NCBI GenBank assembly: GCA_013239625.1
Contig: MU054323.1
Location: 15,504,029-15,568,028, forward strand
From: Lama guanicoe
Taxonomy: Eukaryota
Reading direction: 5' to 3'
DNA length: 64,000 nucleotides
Shown here: positions 62,721 through 64,000 of the stretch, in pieces
Position numbering within the stretch: the first letter of the stretch is position 1
How the letters are laid out: each line of letters opens with the position of its first letter
Notes under the pieces: model-generated
Database searches by the model: none
Seen by the model: only the letters and a program-made list of their open reading frames with translations
What the model was told of the DNA's origin: nothing
Program-made: the position numbers and the translations under genes

Positions 62721-64000
62721 GTACCGACGCCAGCGTCCTGCTGTTTTTCAGAGCTGTAACACTGATTTAAGAGGAAGCTGGAGCAGACTTGGACTCTGGT
62801 CCGCCCATCCGTTAGTTCCTGTGGCCAGAGACATGGCAGGGGGTGACTTAGAGACGGTGACTTTCAGGGGAGTTTGCTTCCAGGCCAGAATGGCTCTGGT
62901 TCTTCTGACCTGCATTCTCTAAACTTGAGTGGCAGGCCTCGTGGGCCTGACAGGCCTGTGTGTGACACCTGCCATGTCTGAGTAGCTTGGTTTCAGTGTG
63001 GTGTTGGATGTGCCTGGTGAGAAAGGTCCAGGATCGGACACAGTACTGAATACACTTAATAGCCTCTGCAGGGTGAATAAGCTGCACGTAAAGCACGTGA
63101 CTCTGAAATGGTGCGGTCTTCCTTCAGTTCAGCAGTCCCAGTGGTGCCCAGGCCATCCCTTGCAGCCTGCTCCCAGCCCACCCTAAACCTCCCATCTCTT
63201 CCCACTAAGCGGGAGCCGCAGGGGCGTGCCCCAGGCTGGCCGCTGCATAACCGCGTGCCCGCACCTTCCCCAGCATTCCACCCTTAGTGTCAGCTCCCAG
63301 GTACAAACCTAAGTCCCTCACAGCTGCTCAGATCCTCCCCCAGGCCTTCTCCTGGCTTCTGTGTCTGTGTCTCCAGCCAAAACAGCTCCTTTACTTTCTG
63401 CCCCTGATCCTAGCAGTGCGGGACCTGAGCCCTTGGCAGGACAGCCCCTGGGCAGCATTCCAGATCTGAAGCCCTAAATACACAGACTGCACGCAGTCCA
63501 AACCACATAGACCAAAGAGAAAGCTCACTCTCAGAGTCCACGGAGGTGTTGAGCGAGTGGGGAACCTCCCCATCTTCACCTCTGTTCTGTGGTTTTTTGC
63601 GACATTCTGTGAGAGACGCTTGCTCCACGCACGAGAGTCAGTGGTGGTACCGTGGGCTAGGAGTCACGGCAGCCTGCAAGTACACCTACATCATGCGCCT
63701 GTAAAACGGGCCAGCCGGTTCAGCCCGAAGAGATTCATTGAGCTCTGCACACGTTTGCCTGCTGTTTAGGTGTTGTGCAAACTTGCCCTAATTGGGCATT
63801 TCTAAAAGCGTCCGTTTATTTATCGCCTAAAAAGGATGGGATGTTCTGCCAAGTCAGAGGGCTGAGCCCTTTGCAGATCCCTGAGTTGGGTGCTGTTCGT
63901 AGTTTAGTCTCCGTGGTCTTGTTTAAGGTGTAGACTGAGTCAGAAGCTCACTTCCGTGATGGCTTACCACTCGGTGTCTGCTTGGGGGAAAATTCTTAAG

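Noticed and set aside
1..64000. CRISPR arrays, operons, prokaryotic defence systems or a novel multi-gene system
   Set aside because: This is mammalian gene-body DNA. I saw no repeat-spacer arrays and no unexplained long ORFs, and the remaining ORF-track entries look like chance frames.

Overview
Mammalian intronic/exonic DNA covering the middle of CRIM1 (cysteine-rich transmembrane BMP regulator 1) on the + strand. Nine internal coding exons are present (183, 198, 129, 157, 122, 210, 216, 222 and 195 bp), all flanked by AG/GT and joining into one open frame. They encode six VWC (chordin-like) repeats and four antistasin-like repeats and correspond to human exons 6-14 as I recall them. The start, transmembrane segment and stop lie outside the window. 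The tRNA-derived SINEs resemble vic-1, which suggests a camelid genome (inference). Introns contain MIR, L2, CR1/L3, MLT1 and L1 relics. The most notable region is intron 13, which has a near-perfect 2.33 kb head-to-tail tandem duplication (55559-60229). Each copy carries a full-length RPS24 processed pseudogene inserted into an old L1M element. Its substitutions are strongly biased AT->GC, the opposite of ordinary pseudogene decay. There is also a three-level nested SINE/L1/solo-poly(A) insertion and a NAGNAG acceptor at exon 14. I found no evidence of a genuinely new biological system.
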